Source: Balanoglossus misakiensis (taxonomy: Eukaryota > Animalia > Hemichordata). Taken from it: DNA of 64,000 nucleotides. The notes under the pieces were generated by a model, which was not told where the DNA came from, did not search any database, and saw only the letters and a list, made by a program, of their open reading frames with translations. Below are positions 10,679 through 26,100 of this stretch, one piece after another; within the stretch, counting starts at the first letter, position 1, and each line of letters begins with the position of its first letter. The DNA is taken from assembly GCA_040954595.2 (NCBI GenBank), contig CM082590.2, positions 2,790,001 to 2,854,000 on the forward strand, written 5' to 3'. The position numbers and the translations under genes are program-made.

Positions 10679-13600
10679 GCCTCGTTTATTTACCGATTTC
10701 TGTTGTGATGCGCATAACATATATATAGGCCTATGCGCAAAAGAACGTTTTCCACTAGACTCTGTAGATCGACGGATAGCTGTAAAATTTCCATGTTTGC
10801 TTGCAAACAGCCTTGTTTATTTACGGAATTCTGTTTTGAGGCGCAGAACACATGATAGGCCTATGCGCATACGACATTTTTCCACTAGACTCTGTAGATC
10901 GACGGATAGTTGTAACATTTCCATGGTTGCTTCCAAACAACCTCGTTTGTTTACCGAATTCTGTTGTGATGCGCAGAACACATATATAGGCCTATGCGCA
11001 TAAGAACGTTTTCCACTAGACTCTGTAGATCGACGGATAGTTGTAAAATGTTCATGGTTGCTTCCAAATACAGCCTCGTTTATTTACCGATTTCTGTTGT
11101 GATGCGCATAACACATAGATAGGCCTATGCGCATTATAACGTTTTCCACCAGACTCTGTAGATCGACGGATAGTTGTAAAATTTCCATGGTTGCTTCCAA
11201 ACAGCCTCGTTTATTTACCGAATTCTGTTGTTAGGCGCAGAACACGTTATAGGCCTATGCGCATAAGAAAGTTTTCCACCAGACTCTGTAGATCGAAGGA
11301 TTTTTGTAAAATTTCCATGGTTGCTTCCAAACAGCCTCGTTTATTTACCGAATTCTGTTGTTAGGCGCAGAACACGTTATAGGCCTATGCGCATAAGAAA
11401 GTTTTCCACCAGACTCTGTAGATGGACTGATAGTTGTAAAATTTCCATGGTTGCTTCCAAACAGCCTCGTTTATTTACTGATTTCTGTTGTGAGGCGCAG
11501 AACACATGATAGGCCAATGCGCATAAGACATTTTTCCACTAGACTCTGTAGATCGACGGATAGTTGTAAAATTTCCATGGTTGCTTCCAAACAACCTCGT
11601 TTGTTTACGAATTCTGTTGTGATGCGCAGAACACATATATAGGGCTATGCGCATAAGAAAGTTTTCCACCAGACTCCGTAGATCGACGGATAGTTGTAAA
11701 ATTTCCATGGTTGCTTCCAAACAGCCTCGTTTATTTACCGAATTCTGTTGTGAGGCGCAGAACACATAGATAGGCATATGTGCATAAGAAAGTTTTCCAC
11801 TATAGACTCTGTAGATCGAGAGATAGTTCTAAAATGTCCATGGTTGCTACCAAACACAGCCTCGTTTGTTTACAAAATTCTGTTGTGATGCGCAGAACAC
11901 ATAGATAGGCCTATGCGCATATGAACGTTTTCCACCATACACTGTAGATCGAGAGATAGTTCTAAAACTTCCATGTTTGCTTCCAAACAGCCTCGTTTAT
12001 TTGCGGAATTCTGTTTTGAGGCGCAGAACACATAGATAGGCATATGTGAATAAGACAGTTTTCCACTATAGACTCTGTAGATCGAGAGATAGTTCTAAAA
12101 TATACATGGTTGCTTCCAAACAGCCTCGTTTATTTACCGATTTCTGTTGTGAGGCGCAGAACACATAGATAGGCCTATGCGCATGAAAAACTTTTCAACT
12201 TTAGATCAACGGATAGTTCTAAAATTTCCATGGTTGTTTCCAAACAGCCTCGTTTATTTACCGAATTCTGTTGTGATGCGTAGAACACATACATATGCCT
12301 ATGCGCATAAGAAAGTTTTCCACTAGACTCCGTAGATCGACGAATAGTTCTAAAATGTCCATGGTTGCTTCCAAACAAAGCCTGGTTTGTTTACAAAATT
12401 CTGTTGTGAAGCGCAGAACACATAGATAGGCCTATGCGCATATGAACGTTTTCCACTATACTCTGTAGATCGAGAGATAGTTCTAAAATTTCCATGTTTG
12501 CTTCCAAACAGCCTCGTTTATTTACGGAATTCTGTTTTGAGGCGCAGAACACATAGATAGGCATATGTGCATAAGAAAGTTTTCCACTATAGACTCTGTA
12601 GATCGAGAGATAGTTCTAAAATGTCCATGGTTGCTTCCAAACACAGCCTCGTTTGTTTACAAAATTCTGTTGTGATGCGCAGAACACATATATAGGCCTA
12701 TGCGCATAATAACGTTTTCCACTAGACTCTGTAGATCGACGGATAGTTGTAAAATTTCCATGGTTGCTTCCAGACAGCCTCGTTTATTTACCGAATTCTG
12801 TTGTAAGGCACAGAACACATAGATAGGCCTATGTGCATAAGAAAGTTTTCCACTATAGACTCTGTAGATCGAGAGATAGTTCTAAAATGTCCATGGTTGC
12901 TTCCAAACACAGCCTCGTTTGTTTACAAAATTCTGTTGTGATGCGCAGAACACATATATAGGCCTATGCGCATAATAACGTTTTCCACTAGACTCTGTAG
13001 ATCGACGGATAGTTGTAAAATTTCCATGGTTGCTTCCAAACAGCCTCGTTTATTTACCGAATTCTGTTGTGAGGCGCAGAACACATAGATAGGCATATGT
13101 GCATAAGAAAGTTTTCCACTATAGACTCTGTAGATCGAGAGATAGTTCTAAAATGTCCATGGTTGCTACCAAACACAGCCTCGTTTGTTTACAAAATTCT
13201 GTTGTGAAGCGCAGAACACATATATAGGCCTATGCGCATAAGAACGTTTCCACTAGACTCTGTAGATCGACGGATAGTTGTAAAATTTCCATGGTTGCTT
13301 CCAAACAGCCTCGTTTATTTACCGAATTCTGTTGTTAGGCGCAGAACACGTTATAGGCCTATGCGCATGAGAAAGTTTTCCACCAGACTCTGTAGATGGA
13401 CTGATAGTTGTAAAATTTCCATGGTTGCTTCCAAACAGCCTCGTTTATTTACTGATTTCTGTTGTGAGGCGCAGAACACATGATAGGCCAATGCGCATAA
13501 GACATTTTTCCACTAGACTCTGTAGATCGACGGATAGTTGTAAAATTTCCATGGTTGCTTCCAAACAACCTCGTTTGTTTACGAATTCTGTTGTGATGCG

Positions 13601-16600
13601 CAGAACACATATATAGGCCTATGCGCATAAGAACGTTTTCCACTAGACTCTGTAGATCGAGAGATAGTTCTAAAATTTACATGGTTGCTTCCAAACAGCC
13701 TCGTTTATTTACCGAATTCTGTTGTGAGACGCAGAACACGTAATAGGCCTATGCGCATAAGAAAGTTTTCCACCAGACTCCGTAGATCGACGGATAGTTG
13801 TAAAATTTCCATGGTTGCTTCCAAACAGCCTCGTTTATTTACCGAATTCTGTTGTGAGGCGCAGAACACATAGATAGGCCTATGTGCATAAGAAAGTTTT
13901 CCACTATAGACTCTGTAGATCGAGAGATAGTTCTAAAATGTCCATGGTTGCTACCAAACACAGCCTCGTTTGTTTACAAAATTCTGTTGTGATGCGCAGA
14001 ACACATAGATAGGCCTATGCGCATATGAACGTTTTCCACTATACACTGTAGATCGAGAGATAGTTCTAAAACTTCCATGTTTGCTTCCAAACAGCCTCGT
14101 TTATTTGCGGAATTCTGTTTTGAGGCGCAGAACACATAGATAGGAGTATGTAAATAAGAAAGTTTTCCACTATAGACTCTGTAGATCGAGAGATAGTTGT
14201 AAAATTTCCATGGTTGCTTCCAAACAGCCTCGTTTATTTACCGATTTCTGTTGTGAGGCGCAGAACACATAGATAGGCCTATGCGCATAAAAAAATTTTC
14301 AACTTTAGATCAACGGATAGTTCTAAAATTTCCATGGTTGCTTCCAAACACAGCCTCGTTTGTTTACAAAATTCTGTTGTGATGCGCAGAACACATATAT
14401 AGGCCTATGCGCATAAGAACGTTTTCCACTAGACTCTGTATATCCACGGATAGCTGTAAAATTGCCATGTTTGCTTCCAAACAGCCTCGTTTATTTACGG
14501 AATTCTGTTTTTAGGCGCAGAACACATAGATAGGCATATGTGCATAAGAAAGTTTTCCACTATAGACTCTGTAGATCGAGAGATAGTTCTAAAATGTCCA
14601 TGGTTGCTTCCAAACACAGCCTCGTTTGTTTACAAAATTCTGTTGTGATGCGCAGAACACATATATAGGCCTATGCGCAAAAGAACGTTTTCCACTAGAC
14701 TCTGTAGATCGACGGATAGCTGTAAAATTTCCATGGTTGCTTCCAAACAGCCTCGTTTATTTACCGAATTCTGTTGTGAGGCGCAGAACACGTAATAGGC
14801 CTATGCGCATTAGAAAGTTTTCCACAGGACTCTGTAGATCGACGGATAGATGTAAAATGTCCACGGTTGCTTCCAAATACAGCCTCGTTTATTTACCGAT
14901 TTCTGTTGTGATGCGCATAACACATATATAGGCCTATGCGCAAAAGAACGTTTTCCACTAGACTCTGTAGATCGACGGATAGTTGTACAATTTCCATGTT
15001 TGCTTCCAAACAGCCTCGTTTATTTACGGAATTCTGTTGTGAGGCGCAGAACACGTAATAGGCCTATGCGCATTAGAAAGTTTTCCACAAGACTCTGTAG
15101 ATCGACGGATAGTTGTAAAATGTCCATGGTTGCTTCCAAATACAGCCTCGTTTATTTACCGATTTCTGTTGTGATGCGCATAACACATATATAGGCCTAT
15201 GCGCAAAAGAACGTTTTCCACTAGACTCTGTAGATCGACGGATAGCTGTAAAATTTCCATGTTTGCTTGCAAACAGCCTCGTTTATTTACGGAATTCTGT
15301 TTTGAGGCGCAGAACACATGATAGGCCTATGCGCATACGACATTTTTCCACTAGACTCTGTAGATCGACGGATAGTTGTAGAATTTCCATGGTTGCTTCC
15401 AAACAACCTCGTTTGTTTACCGAATTCTGTTGTGATGCGCAGAACACATATATAGGCCTATGCGCATAAGAACGTTTTCCACTAGACTCTGTAGATCGAC
15501 GGATAGTTGTAAAATGTTCATGGTTGCTTCCAAATACAGCCTCGTTTATTTACCGATTTCTGTTGTGATGCGCATAACACATAGATAGGCCTATGCGCAT
15601 TATAACGTTTTCCACTAGACTCTGTAGATCGACGGATAGTTGTAAAATTTCCATGGTTGCTTCCAAACAGCCTCGTTTATTTACCGAATTCTGTTGTTAG
15701 GCGCAGAACACGTTATAGGCCTATGCGCATAAGAAAGTTTTCCACCAGACTCTGTAGATCGACGGATAGTTGTAAAATTTCCATGGTTGCTTCCAAACAG
15801 CCTCGTTTATTTACCGAATTCTGTTGTTAGGCGCAGAACACGTTATAGGCCTATGCGCATAAGAAAGTTTTCCACCAGACTCTGTAGATGGACTGATAGT
15901 TGTAAAATTTCCATGGTTGCTTCCAAACAGCCTCGTTTATTTACTGATTTCTGTTGTGAGGCGCAGAACACATGATAGGCCAATGCGCATAAGACATTTT
16001 TCCACTAGACTCTGTAGATCGACGGATAGTTGTAAAATTTCCATGGTTGCTTCCAAACAACCTCGTTTGTTTACGAATTCTGTTGTGATGCGCAGAACAC
16101 ATATATAGGGCTATGCGCATAAGAAAGTTTTCCACCAGACTCCGTAGATCGACGGATAGTTGTAAAATGTTCATGGTTGCTTCCAAATACAGCCTCGTTT
16201 ATTTACCGATTTCTGTTGTGATGCGCATAACACATAGATAGGCCTATGCGCATTATAACGTTTTCCACTAGACTCTGTAGATCGACGGATAGTTGTAAAA
16301 TTTCCATGGTTGCTTCCAAACAGCCTCGTTTATTTACCGAATTCTGTTGTTAGGCGCAGAACACGTTATAGGCCTATGCGCATAAGAAAGTTTTCCACCA
16401 GACTCTGTAGATAAACGGATAGTTGTAAAATTTCCATGGTTGCTTCCAAACAGCCTCGTTTATTTACCGAATTCTGTTGTTAGGCGCAGAACACATGATA
16501 GGCCAATGCGCATAAGACATTTTTCCACTAGACTCTGTAGATCGACGGATAGTTGTAAAATTTCCATGGTTGCTTCCAAACAACCTCGTTTGTTTACGAA

Positions 16601-19330
16601 TTCTGTTGTGATGCGCAGAACACATATATAGGGCTATGCGCATAAGAAAGTTTTCCACCAGACTCCGTAGATCGACGGATAGTTGTAAAATTTCCATGGT
16701 TGCTTCCAAACAGCCTCGTTTATTTACCGAATTCTGTTGTGAGGCGCAGAACACATAGATAGGCATATGTGCATAAGAAAGTTTTCCACTATAGACTCTG
16801 TAGATCGAGAGATAGTTCTAAAATGTCCATGGTTGCTACCTAACACAGCCTCGTTTGTTTACAAAATTCTGTTGTGATGCGCAGAACACATAGATAGGCC
16901 TATGCGCATATGAACGTTTTCCACCATACACTGTAGATCGAGAGATAGTTCTAAAACTTCCATGTTTGCTTCCAAACAGCCTCGTTTATTTGCGGAATTC
17001 TGTTTTGAGGCGCAGAACACATAGATAGGCATATGTGAGTAAGAAAGTTTTCCACTATAGACTCTGTAGATCGAGAGATAGTTGTAAAATTTCCATGGTT
17101 GCTTCCAAACAGCCTCGTTTATTTACCGATTTCTGTTGTGAGGCGCAGAACACATAGATAGGCCTATGCGCATAAAAAACTTTTCAACTTTAGATCAACG
17201 GATAGTTCTAAAATTTCCATGGTTGTTTCCAAACAGCCTCGTTTATTTACCGAATTCTGTTGTGATGCGTAGAACACATACATATGCCTATGCGCATAAG
17301 AAAGTTTTCCACTAGACTCCGTAGATCGACGAATAGTTCTAAAATGTCCATGGTTGCTTCCAAACAAAGCCTGGTTTGTTTACAAAATTCTGCTGTGATG
17401 CGCAGAACACATAGATAGGCCTATGCGCATATGAACGTTTTCCACTATACTCTGTAGATCGAGAGATAGTTCTAAAATTTCCATGTTTGCTTCCAAACAG
17501 CCTCGTTTATTTACGGAATTCTGTTTTGAGGCGCAGAACACATAGATCGGCATATGTGCATAAGAAAGTTTTCCACTATAGACTCTGTAGATCGAGAGAT
17601 AGTTCTAAAATGTCCATGGTTGCTTCCAAACACAGCCTCGTTTGTTTACAAAATTCTGTTGTGATGCGCAGAACACATATATAGGCCTATGCGCATAATA
17701 ACGTTTTCCACTAGACTCTGTACATCGACGGATAGTTGTAAAATTTCCATGGTTGCTTCCAAACAGCCTCGTTTATTTACCGAATTCTGTTGTAAGGCAC
17801 AGAACACATAGATAGGCCTATGTGCATAAGAAAGTTTTCCACTATAGACTCTGTAGATCGAGAGATAGTTCTAAAATGTCCATGGTTGCTTCCAAACACA
17901 GCCTCGTTTGTTTACAAAATTCTGTTGTGATGCGCAGAACACATATATAGGCCTATGCGCATAATAACGTTTTCCACTAGACTCTGTAGATCGACGGATA
18001 GTTGTAAAATTTCCATGGTTGCTTCCAAACAGCCTCGTTTATTTACCGAATTCTGTTGTGAGGCGCAGAACACATAGATAGGCATATGTGCATAAGAAAG
18101 TTTTCCACTATAGACTCTGTAGATCGAGAGATAGTTCTAAAATGTCCATGGTTGCTACCAAACACAGCCTCGTTTGTTTACAAAATTCTGTTGTGATGCG
18201 CAGAACACATATATAGGCCTATGCGCATAAGAACGTTTCCACTAGACTCTGTAGATCGACGGATAGTTGTAAAATTTCCATGGTTGCTTCCAAACAGCCT
18301 CGTTTATTTACCGAATTCTGTTGTTAGGCGCAGAACACGTTATAGGCCTATGCGCATAAGAAAGTTTTCCACCAGACTCTGTAGATGGACTGATAGTTGT
18401 AAAATTTCCATGGTTGCTTCCAAACAGCCTCGTTTATTTACTGATTTCTGTTGTGAGGCGCAGAACACATGATAGGCCAATGCGCATAAGACATTTTTCC
18501 ACTAGACTCTGTAGATCGACGGATAGTTGTAAAATTTCCATGGTTGCTTCCAAACAACCTCGTTTGTTTACGAATTCTGTTGTGATGCGCAGAACACATA
18601 TATAGGCCTATGCGCATAAGAACGTTTTCCACTAGACTCTGTAGATCGAGAGATAGTTCTAAAATTTCCATGGTTGCTTCCAAACAGCCTCGTTTATTTA
18701 CCGAATTCTGTTGTGAGACGCAGAACACGTAATAGGCCTATGCGCATAAGAAAGTTTTCCACCAGACTCCGTAGATCGACGGATAGTTGTAAAATTTCCA
18801 TGGTTGCTTCCAAACAGCCTCGTTTATTTACCGAATTCTGTTGTGAGGCGCAGAACACATAGATAGGCATATGTGCATAAGAAAGTTTTCCACTATAGAC
18901 TCTGTAGATCGAGAGATAGTTCTAAAATGTCCATGGTTGCTACCAAACACAGCCTCGTTTGTTTACAAAATTCTGTTGTGATGCGCAGAACACATAGATA
19001 GGCCTATGCGCATATGAACGTTTTCCACTATACACTGTAGATCGAGAGATAGTTCTAAAACTTCCATGTTTGCTTCCAAACAGCCTCGTTTATTTGCGGA
19101 ATTCTGTTTTGAGGCGCAGAACACATAGATAGGCATATGTGAATAAGAAAGTTTTCCACTATAGACTCTGTAGATCGAGAGATAGTTGTAAAATTTCCAT
19201 GGTTGCTTCCAAACAGCCTCGTTTATTTACCGATTTCTGTTGTGAGGCGCAGAACACATAGATAGGCCTATGCGCATAAAAAACTTTTCAACTTTAGATC
19301 AACGGATAGTTCTAAAATTTCCATGGTTGT
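10270..19330 (+). repeat. Large block duplication, offset 4466 bp changing to 4989 bp after an extra 523-bp (4-monomer) duplication
   Basis: ORF pairs 10534/15000, 10797/15263 and 11321/15787 are offset 4466. Pairs 11475/16464, 12175/17164, 13232/18221 and 13685/18674 are offset 4989, and 15917/16440 is offset 523. Boundaries are approximate. Confidence 0.85.
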
Positions 19331-22300
19331 TTCCAAACAGCCTCGTTTATTTACCGAATTCTGTTGTGATGCGTAGAACACATACATATGCCTATGCGCA
19401 TAAGAAAGTTTTCCACTAGACTCCGTAGATCGACGAATAGTTCTAAAATGTCCATGGTTGCTTCCAAACAAAGCCTGGTTTGTTTACAAAATTCTGTTGT
19501 GATGCGCAGAACACATAGATAGGCCTATGCGCATATGAACGTTTTCCACTATACTCTGTAGATCGAGAGATAGTTCTAAAATTTCCATGTTTGCTTCCAA
19601 ACAGCCTCGTTTATTTACGGAATTCTGTTTTGAGGCGCAGAACACATAGATAGGCATATGTGCATAAGAAAGTTTTCCACTATAGACTCTGTACATCGAG
19701 AGATAGTTCTAAAATTTCCATGGTTGCTTCCAAACACAGCCTCGTTTGTTTACAAAATTCTGTTGTGATGCGCAGAACACATATATAGGCCTATGCGCAT
19801 AAGAACGTTTTCCACTAGACTCTGTAGATCGACGGATAGCTGTAAAATTTCCATGGTTGCTTCCAAACAGCCTCGTTTATTTACCGATTTCTGTTGTGAG
19901 GCGCAGAACACATGATAGGCCTATGCGCATGAGACATTTTTCCACTAGACTCTGTAGATCGACGGATAGTTGTAAAATTTCATGGTTGCTTCCAAATACA
20001 GCCTCGTTTATTTACCGATTTCTGTTGTGAGGCGCAGAACACATAGATAGGCCTATGTGCATAAGAAAGTTTTCCACTATAGACTCTGTAGATCGAGAGA
20101 TAGTTCTAAAATGTCCATGGTTGCTTCCAAACACAGCCTCGTTTGTTTACAAAATTCTGTTGTGATGCGCAGAACACATATATAGGCCTATGCGCATAAT
20201 AACGTTTTCCACTAGACTCTGTAGATCGACGGATAGTTGTAAAATTACCATGGTTGCTTCCAAACAGCCTCGTTTATTTACCGAATTCTGTTGTGAGGCG
20301 CAGAACACATAGATAGGCATATGTGCATAAGAAAGTTTTCCACTATAGACTCTGTAGATCGAGAGATAGTTCTAAAATGTCCATGGTTGCTTCCAAACAC
20401 AGCCTCGTTTGTTTACAAAATTCTGTTGTGATGCGCAGAACACATATATAGGCCTATGCGCATAATAACGTTTTCCACTAGACTCTGTACATCGACGGAT
20501 AGTTGTAAAATTTCCATGGTTGCTTCCAAACAGCCTCGTTTATTTACCGAATTCTGTTGTAAGGCACAGAACACATAGATAGGCCTATGTGCATAAGAAA
20601 GTTTTCCACTATAGACTCTGTAGATCGAGAGATAGTTCTAAAATGTCCATGGTTGCTTCCAAACACAGCCTCGTTTGTTTACAAAATTCTGTTGTGATGC
20701 GCAGAACACATATATAGGCCTATGCGCATAATAACGTTTTCCACTAGACTCTGTAGATCGACGGATAGTTGTAAAATTTCCATGGTTGCTTCCAAACAGC
20801 CTCGTTTATTTACCGAATTCTGTTGTGAGGCGCAGAACACATAGATAGGCATATGTGCATAAGAAAGTTTTCCACTATAGACTCTGTAGATCGAGAGATA
20901 GTTCTAAAATGTCCATGGTTGCTACCAAACACAGCCTCGTTTGTTTACAAAATTCTGTTGTGATGCGCAGAACACATATATAGGCCTATGCGCATAAGAA
21001 CGTTTCCACTAGACTCTGTAGATCGACGGATAGTTGTAAAATTTCCATGGTTGCTTCCAAACAGCCTCGTTTATTTACCGAATTCTGTTGTTAGGCGCAG
21101 AACACGTTATAGGCCTATGCGCATAAGAAAGTTTTCCACCAGACTCTGTAGATGGACTGATAGTTGTAAAATTTCCATGGTTGCTTCCAAACAGCCTCGT
21201 TTATTTACTGATTTCTGTTGTGAGGCGCAGAACACATGATAGGCCAATGCGCATAAGACATTTTTCCACTAGACTCTGTAGATCGACGGATAGTTGTAAA
21301 ATTTCCATGGTTGCTTCCAAACAACCTCGTTTGTTTACGAATTCTGTTGTGATGCGCAGAACACATATATAGGCCTATGCGCATAAGAACGTTTTCCACT
21401 AGACTCTGTAGATCGAGAGATAGTTCTAAAATTTCCATGGTTGCTTCCAAACGGCCTCGTTTATTTACCGAATTCTGTTGTGAGACGCAGAACACGTAAT
21501 AGGCCTATGCGCATAAGAAAGTTTTCCACCAGACTCCGTAGATCGACGGATAGTTGTAAAATTTCCATGGTTGCTTCCAAACAGCCTCGTTTATTTACCG
21601 AATTCTGTTGTGAGGCGCAGAACACATAGATAGGCATATGTGCATAAGAAAGTTTTCCACTATAGACTCTGTAGATCGAGAGATAGTTCTAAAATGTCCA
21701 TGGTTGCTACCAAACACAGCCTCGTTTGTTTACAAAATTCTGTTGTGATGCGCAGAACACATAGATAGGCCTATGCGCATATGAACGTTTTCCACTATAC
21801 ACTGTAGATCGAGAGATAGTTCTAAAACTTCCATGTTTGCTTCCAAACAGCCTCGTTTATTTGCGGAATTCTGTTTTGAGGCGCAGAACACATAGATAGG
21901 CATATGTGAATAAGAAAGTTTTCCACTATAGACTCTGTAGATCGAGAGATAGTTGTAAAATTTCCATGGTTGCTTCCAAACAGCCTCGTTTATTTACCGA
22001 TTTCTGTTGTGAGGCGCAGAACACATAGATAGGCCTATGCGCATAAAAAACTTTTCAACTTTAGATCAACGGATAGTTCTAAAATTTCCATGGTTGTTTC
22101 CAAACAGCCTCGTTTATTTACCGAATTCTGTTGTGATGCGTAGAACACATACATATGCCTATAAGCATAAGAAAGTTTTCCACTAGACTCCGTAGATCGA
22201 CGAATAGTTCTAAAATGTCCATGGTTGCTTCCAAACAAAGCCTGGTTTGTTTACAAAATTCTGTTGTGATGCGCAGAACACATAGATAGGCCTATGCGCA

Positions 22301-23150
22301 TATGAACGTTTTCCACTATACTCTGTAGATCGAGAGATAGTTCTAAAATTTCCATGTTTGCTTCCAAACAGCCTCGTTTATTTACGGAATTCTGTTTTGA
22401 GGCGCAGAACACATAGATAGGCATATGTGCATAAGAAAGTTTTCCACTATAGACTCTGTACATCGAGAGATAGTTCTAAAATTTCCATGGTTGCTTCCAA
22501 ACACAGCCTCGTTTGTTTACAAAATTCTGTTGTGATGCGCAGAACACATATATAGGCCTATGCGCATAAGAACGTTTTCCACTAGACTCTGTAGATCGAC
22601 GGATAGCTGTAAAATTTCCATGGTTGCTTCCAAACAGCCTCGTTTATTTACCGATTTCTGTTGTGAGGCGCAGAACACATGATAGGCCTATGCGCATGAG
22701 ACATTTTTCCACTAGACTCTGTAGATCGACGGATAGTTGTAAAATTTCATGGTTGCTTCCAAATACAGCCTCGTTTATTTACCGATTTCTGTTGTGAGGC
22801 GCAGAACACATAGATAGGCCTATGTGCATAAGAAAGTTTTCCACTATAGACTCTGTAGATCGAGAGATAGTTCTAAAATGTCCATGGTTGCTTCCAAACA
22901 CAGCCTCGTTTGTTTACAAAATTCTGTTGTGATGCGCAGAACACATATATAGGCCTATGCGCATAATAACGTTTTCCACTAGACTCTGTAGATCGACGGA
23001 TAGTTGTAAAATTACCATGGTTGCTTCCAAACAGCCTCGTTTATTTACCGAATTCTGTTGTGAGGCGCAGAACACATAGATAGGCATATGTGCATAAGAA
23101 AGTTTTCCACTATAGACTCTGTAGATCGAGAGATAGTTCTAAAATGTCCA
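17550..23150 (+). repeat. Tandem higher-order duplication, period 2767 bp (~21 monomers, 2 copies)
   Basis: Private SNP markers TACATCGACG (17721/20488) and ATTACCATGG (20244/23011). ORF pairs 18221/20988, 18674/21441 and 19268/22035. Confidence 0.92.
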
Positions 23151-26100
23151 CGGTTGCTACCAAACACAGCCTCGTTTGTTTACAAAATTCTGTTGTGATG
23201 CGCAGAACACATATATAGGCCTATGCGCATAAGAACGTTTCCACTAGACTCTGTAGATCGACGGATTGCTGTAAAATTTCATGGTTGCTTCCAAATACAG
23301 CCTCGTTTATTTACCGATTTCTGTTGTGATGCGCATAACACATAGATAGGCCTATGCGCATAAGAACGTTTTACACTAGACTCTGTAGATCGACGGATAG
23401 TTGTACAATTTCCATGGTTGCTTCCGAACAGCTTCGTTTATTTACCGATTTCTGTTGTGAGGCGCAGAACACATGATAGGCCTATGCGCATGAGACATTT
23501 TTCCACTAGACTCTGTAGATCGACGGATAGTTCTAAAAGTTCCATGGTTGCTTCCAAACAGCCTCGTTTATTTACCGAATTCTGTTGTGAGGCGCAGAGC
23601 ACGTAATAGGCCTATGCGCATAAGAAAGTCTTCCACCAGACTCTGTAGATCGACGGATAGTTGTAAAATTTCCATGGTTGCTTCCAAACAGCCTCGTTTA
23701 TTTACCGATTTCTGTTGTGATGCGCAGAACACATAGATAGGCATATGTGCATAATAAAGTTTTCCACTAGACTCTGTAGATCGAGAGATAGTTCTAAAAT
23801 TTCCATGGTTGCTTCCAAACACAGCCTCGTTTGTTTACAAAATTCTGTTGTGATGCGCAGAACACATATATAGGCCTATGCGCATAATAACGTTTTCCAC
23901 TAGACTCTGTAGATCGACGGATAGTTGTAAAATTTCCATGGTTGCTTCCAAACAGCCTCGTTTATTTACCGAATTCTGTTGTGAGGCGCAGAACACATAG
24001 ATAGGCATATGTGCATAAGAAAGTTTTCCACTATAGACTCTATAGATCGAGAGATAGTTCTAAAATGTCCATGGTTGCTTCCAAACACAGCCTCGTTTGT
24101 TTACAAAATTCTGTTGTGATGCGCAGAACACATATATAGGCCTATGCGCATAAGAACGTTTCCACTAGACTCTGTAGATCGACGGATAGCTGTAAAATTT
24201 CCATGGTTGCTTTTAAACAGCCTCGTTTATTTACCGATTCCTGTTGTGAGGCGCAGAACACATAGATAGGCATATGTGCATAAGAAAGTTTTCCACTATA
24301 GACTCTGTAGATCGAGAGATAGTTCTAAAATGTCCATGGTTGCTACCAAACACAGCCTCGTTTGTTTACAAAATTCTGTTGTGATGCGCAGAACACATAT
24401 ATAGGCCTATGCGCATAAGAACGTTTCCACTAGACTCTGTAGATCGACGGATAGCTGTAAAATTTCCATGGTTGCTTCCAAACAGCCTCGTTTATTTACC
24501 GATTTCTGTTGTGAGGCGCAGAACACATGATAGGCCTATGCGCATGAGACATTTTTCCACTAGACTCTGTAGATCGACGGATAGTTGTAAAATTTCATGG
24601 TTGCTTCCAAATACAGCCTCGTTTATTTACCGATTTCTGTTGTGAGGCGCAGAACACATAGATAGGCCTATGTGCATAAGAAAGTTTTCCACTATAGACT
24701 CTGTAGATCGAGAGATAGTTCTAAAATGTCCATGGTTGCTTCCAAACACAGCCTCGTTTGTTTACAAAATTCTGTTGTGATGCGCAGAACACATATATAG
24801 GCCTATGCGCATAATAACGTTTTCCACTAGACTCTGTAGATCGACGGATAGTTGTAAAATTTCCATGGTTGCTTCCAAACAGCCTCGTTTATTTACCGAA
24901 TTCTGTTGTGAGGCGCAGAACACATAGATAGGCATATGTGCATAAGAAAGTTTTCCACTATAGACTCTGTAGATCGAGAGATAGTTCTAAAATGTCCATG
25001 GTTGCTACCAAACACAGCCTCGTTTGTTTACAAAATTCTGTTGTGATGCGCAGAACACATATATAGGCCTATGCGCATAAGAACGTTTCCACTAGACTCT
25101 GTAGATCGACGGATAGCTGTAAAATTTCATGGTAGCTTCCAAATGCAGCCTCGTTTATTTACCGATTTCTGTTGTGATGCGCATAACACATAGATAGGCC
25201 TATGCGCATAAGAACGTTTTACACTAGACTCTGTAGATCGACGGATAGTTGTACAATTTCCATGGTTGCTTCCAAACAGCCTCGTTTATTTACCGATTTC
25301 TGTTGTGAGGCGCAGAACACATGATAGGCCTATGCGCATAAGACATTTTTCCACTAGACTCTGTAGATCGACGGATAGTTCTAAAAGTTCCATGGTTGCT
25401 TCCAAACAGCCTCGTTTATTTATCGAATTCTGTTGTGAGGCGCAGAGCACGTAATAGGCCTATGCGCATAAGAAAGTTTTCCACCAGACTCTGTAGATCG
25501 ACGGATAGTTGTACAATTTCCATGGTTGCTGCCAAACAGCCTCGTTTATTTACCGATTTCTGTTGTGATGCGCAGAACACATAGATAGGCATATGTGCAT
25601 AATAAAGTTTTCCACTAGACTCTGTAGATCGAGAGATAGTTCTAAAATTTCCATGGTTGCTTCCAAACACAGCCTCGTTTGTTTACAAAATTCTGTTGTG
25701 ATGCGCAGAACACATATATAGGCCTATGCGCATAATAACGTTTTCCACTAGACTCTGTAGATCGACGGATAGTTGTAAAATTTCCATGGTTGCTTCCAAA
25801 CAGCCTCGTTTATTTACCGAATTCTGTTGTGAGGCGCAGAGCACGTAATAGGCCTATGCGCATAAGAAAGTTTTCCACCAGACTCTGTAGATCGACGGAT
25901 AGTTGTAAAATTTCCATGGTTGCTTCCAAACAGCCTCGTTTATTTACCGATTTCTGTTGTGATGCGCAGAACACATAGATAGGCATATGTGCATAATAAA
26001 GTTTTCCACTAGACTCTGTAGATCGAGAGATAGTTCTAAAATTTCCATGGTTGCTTCCAAACACAGCCTCGTTTGTTTACAAAATTCTGTTGTGATGCGC

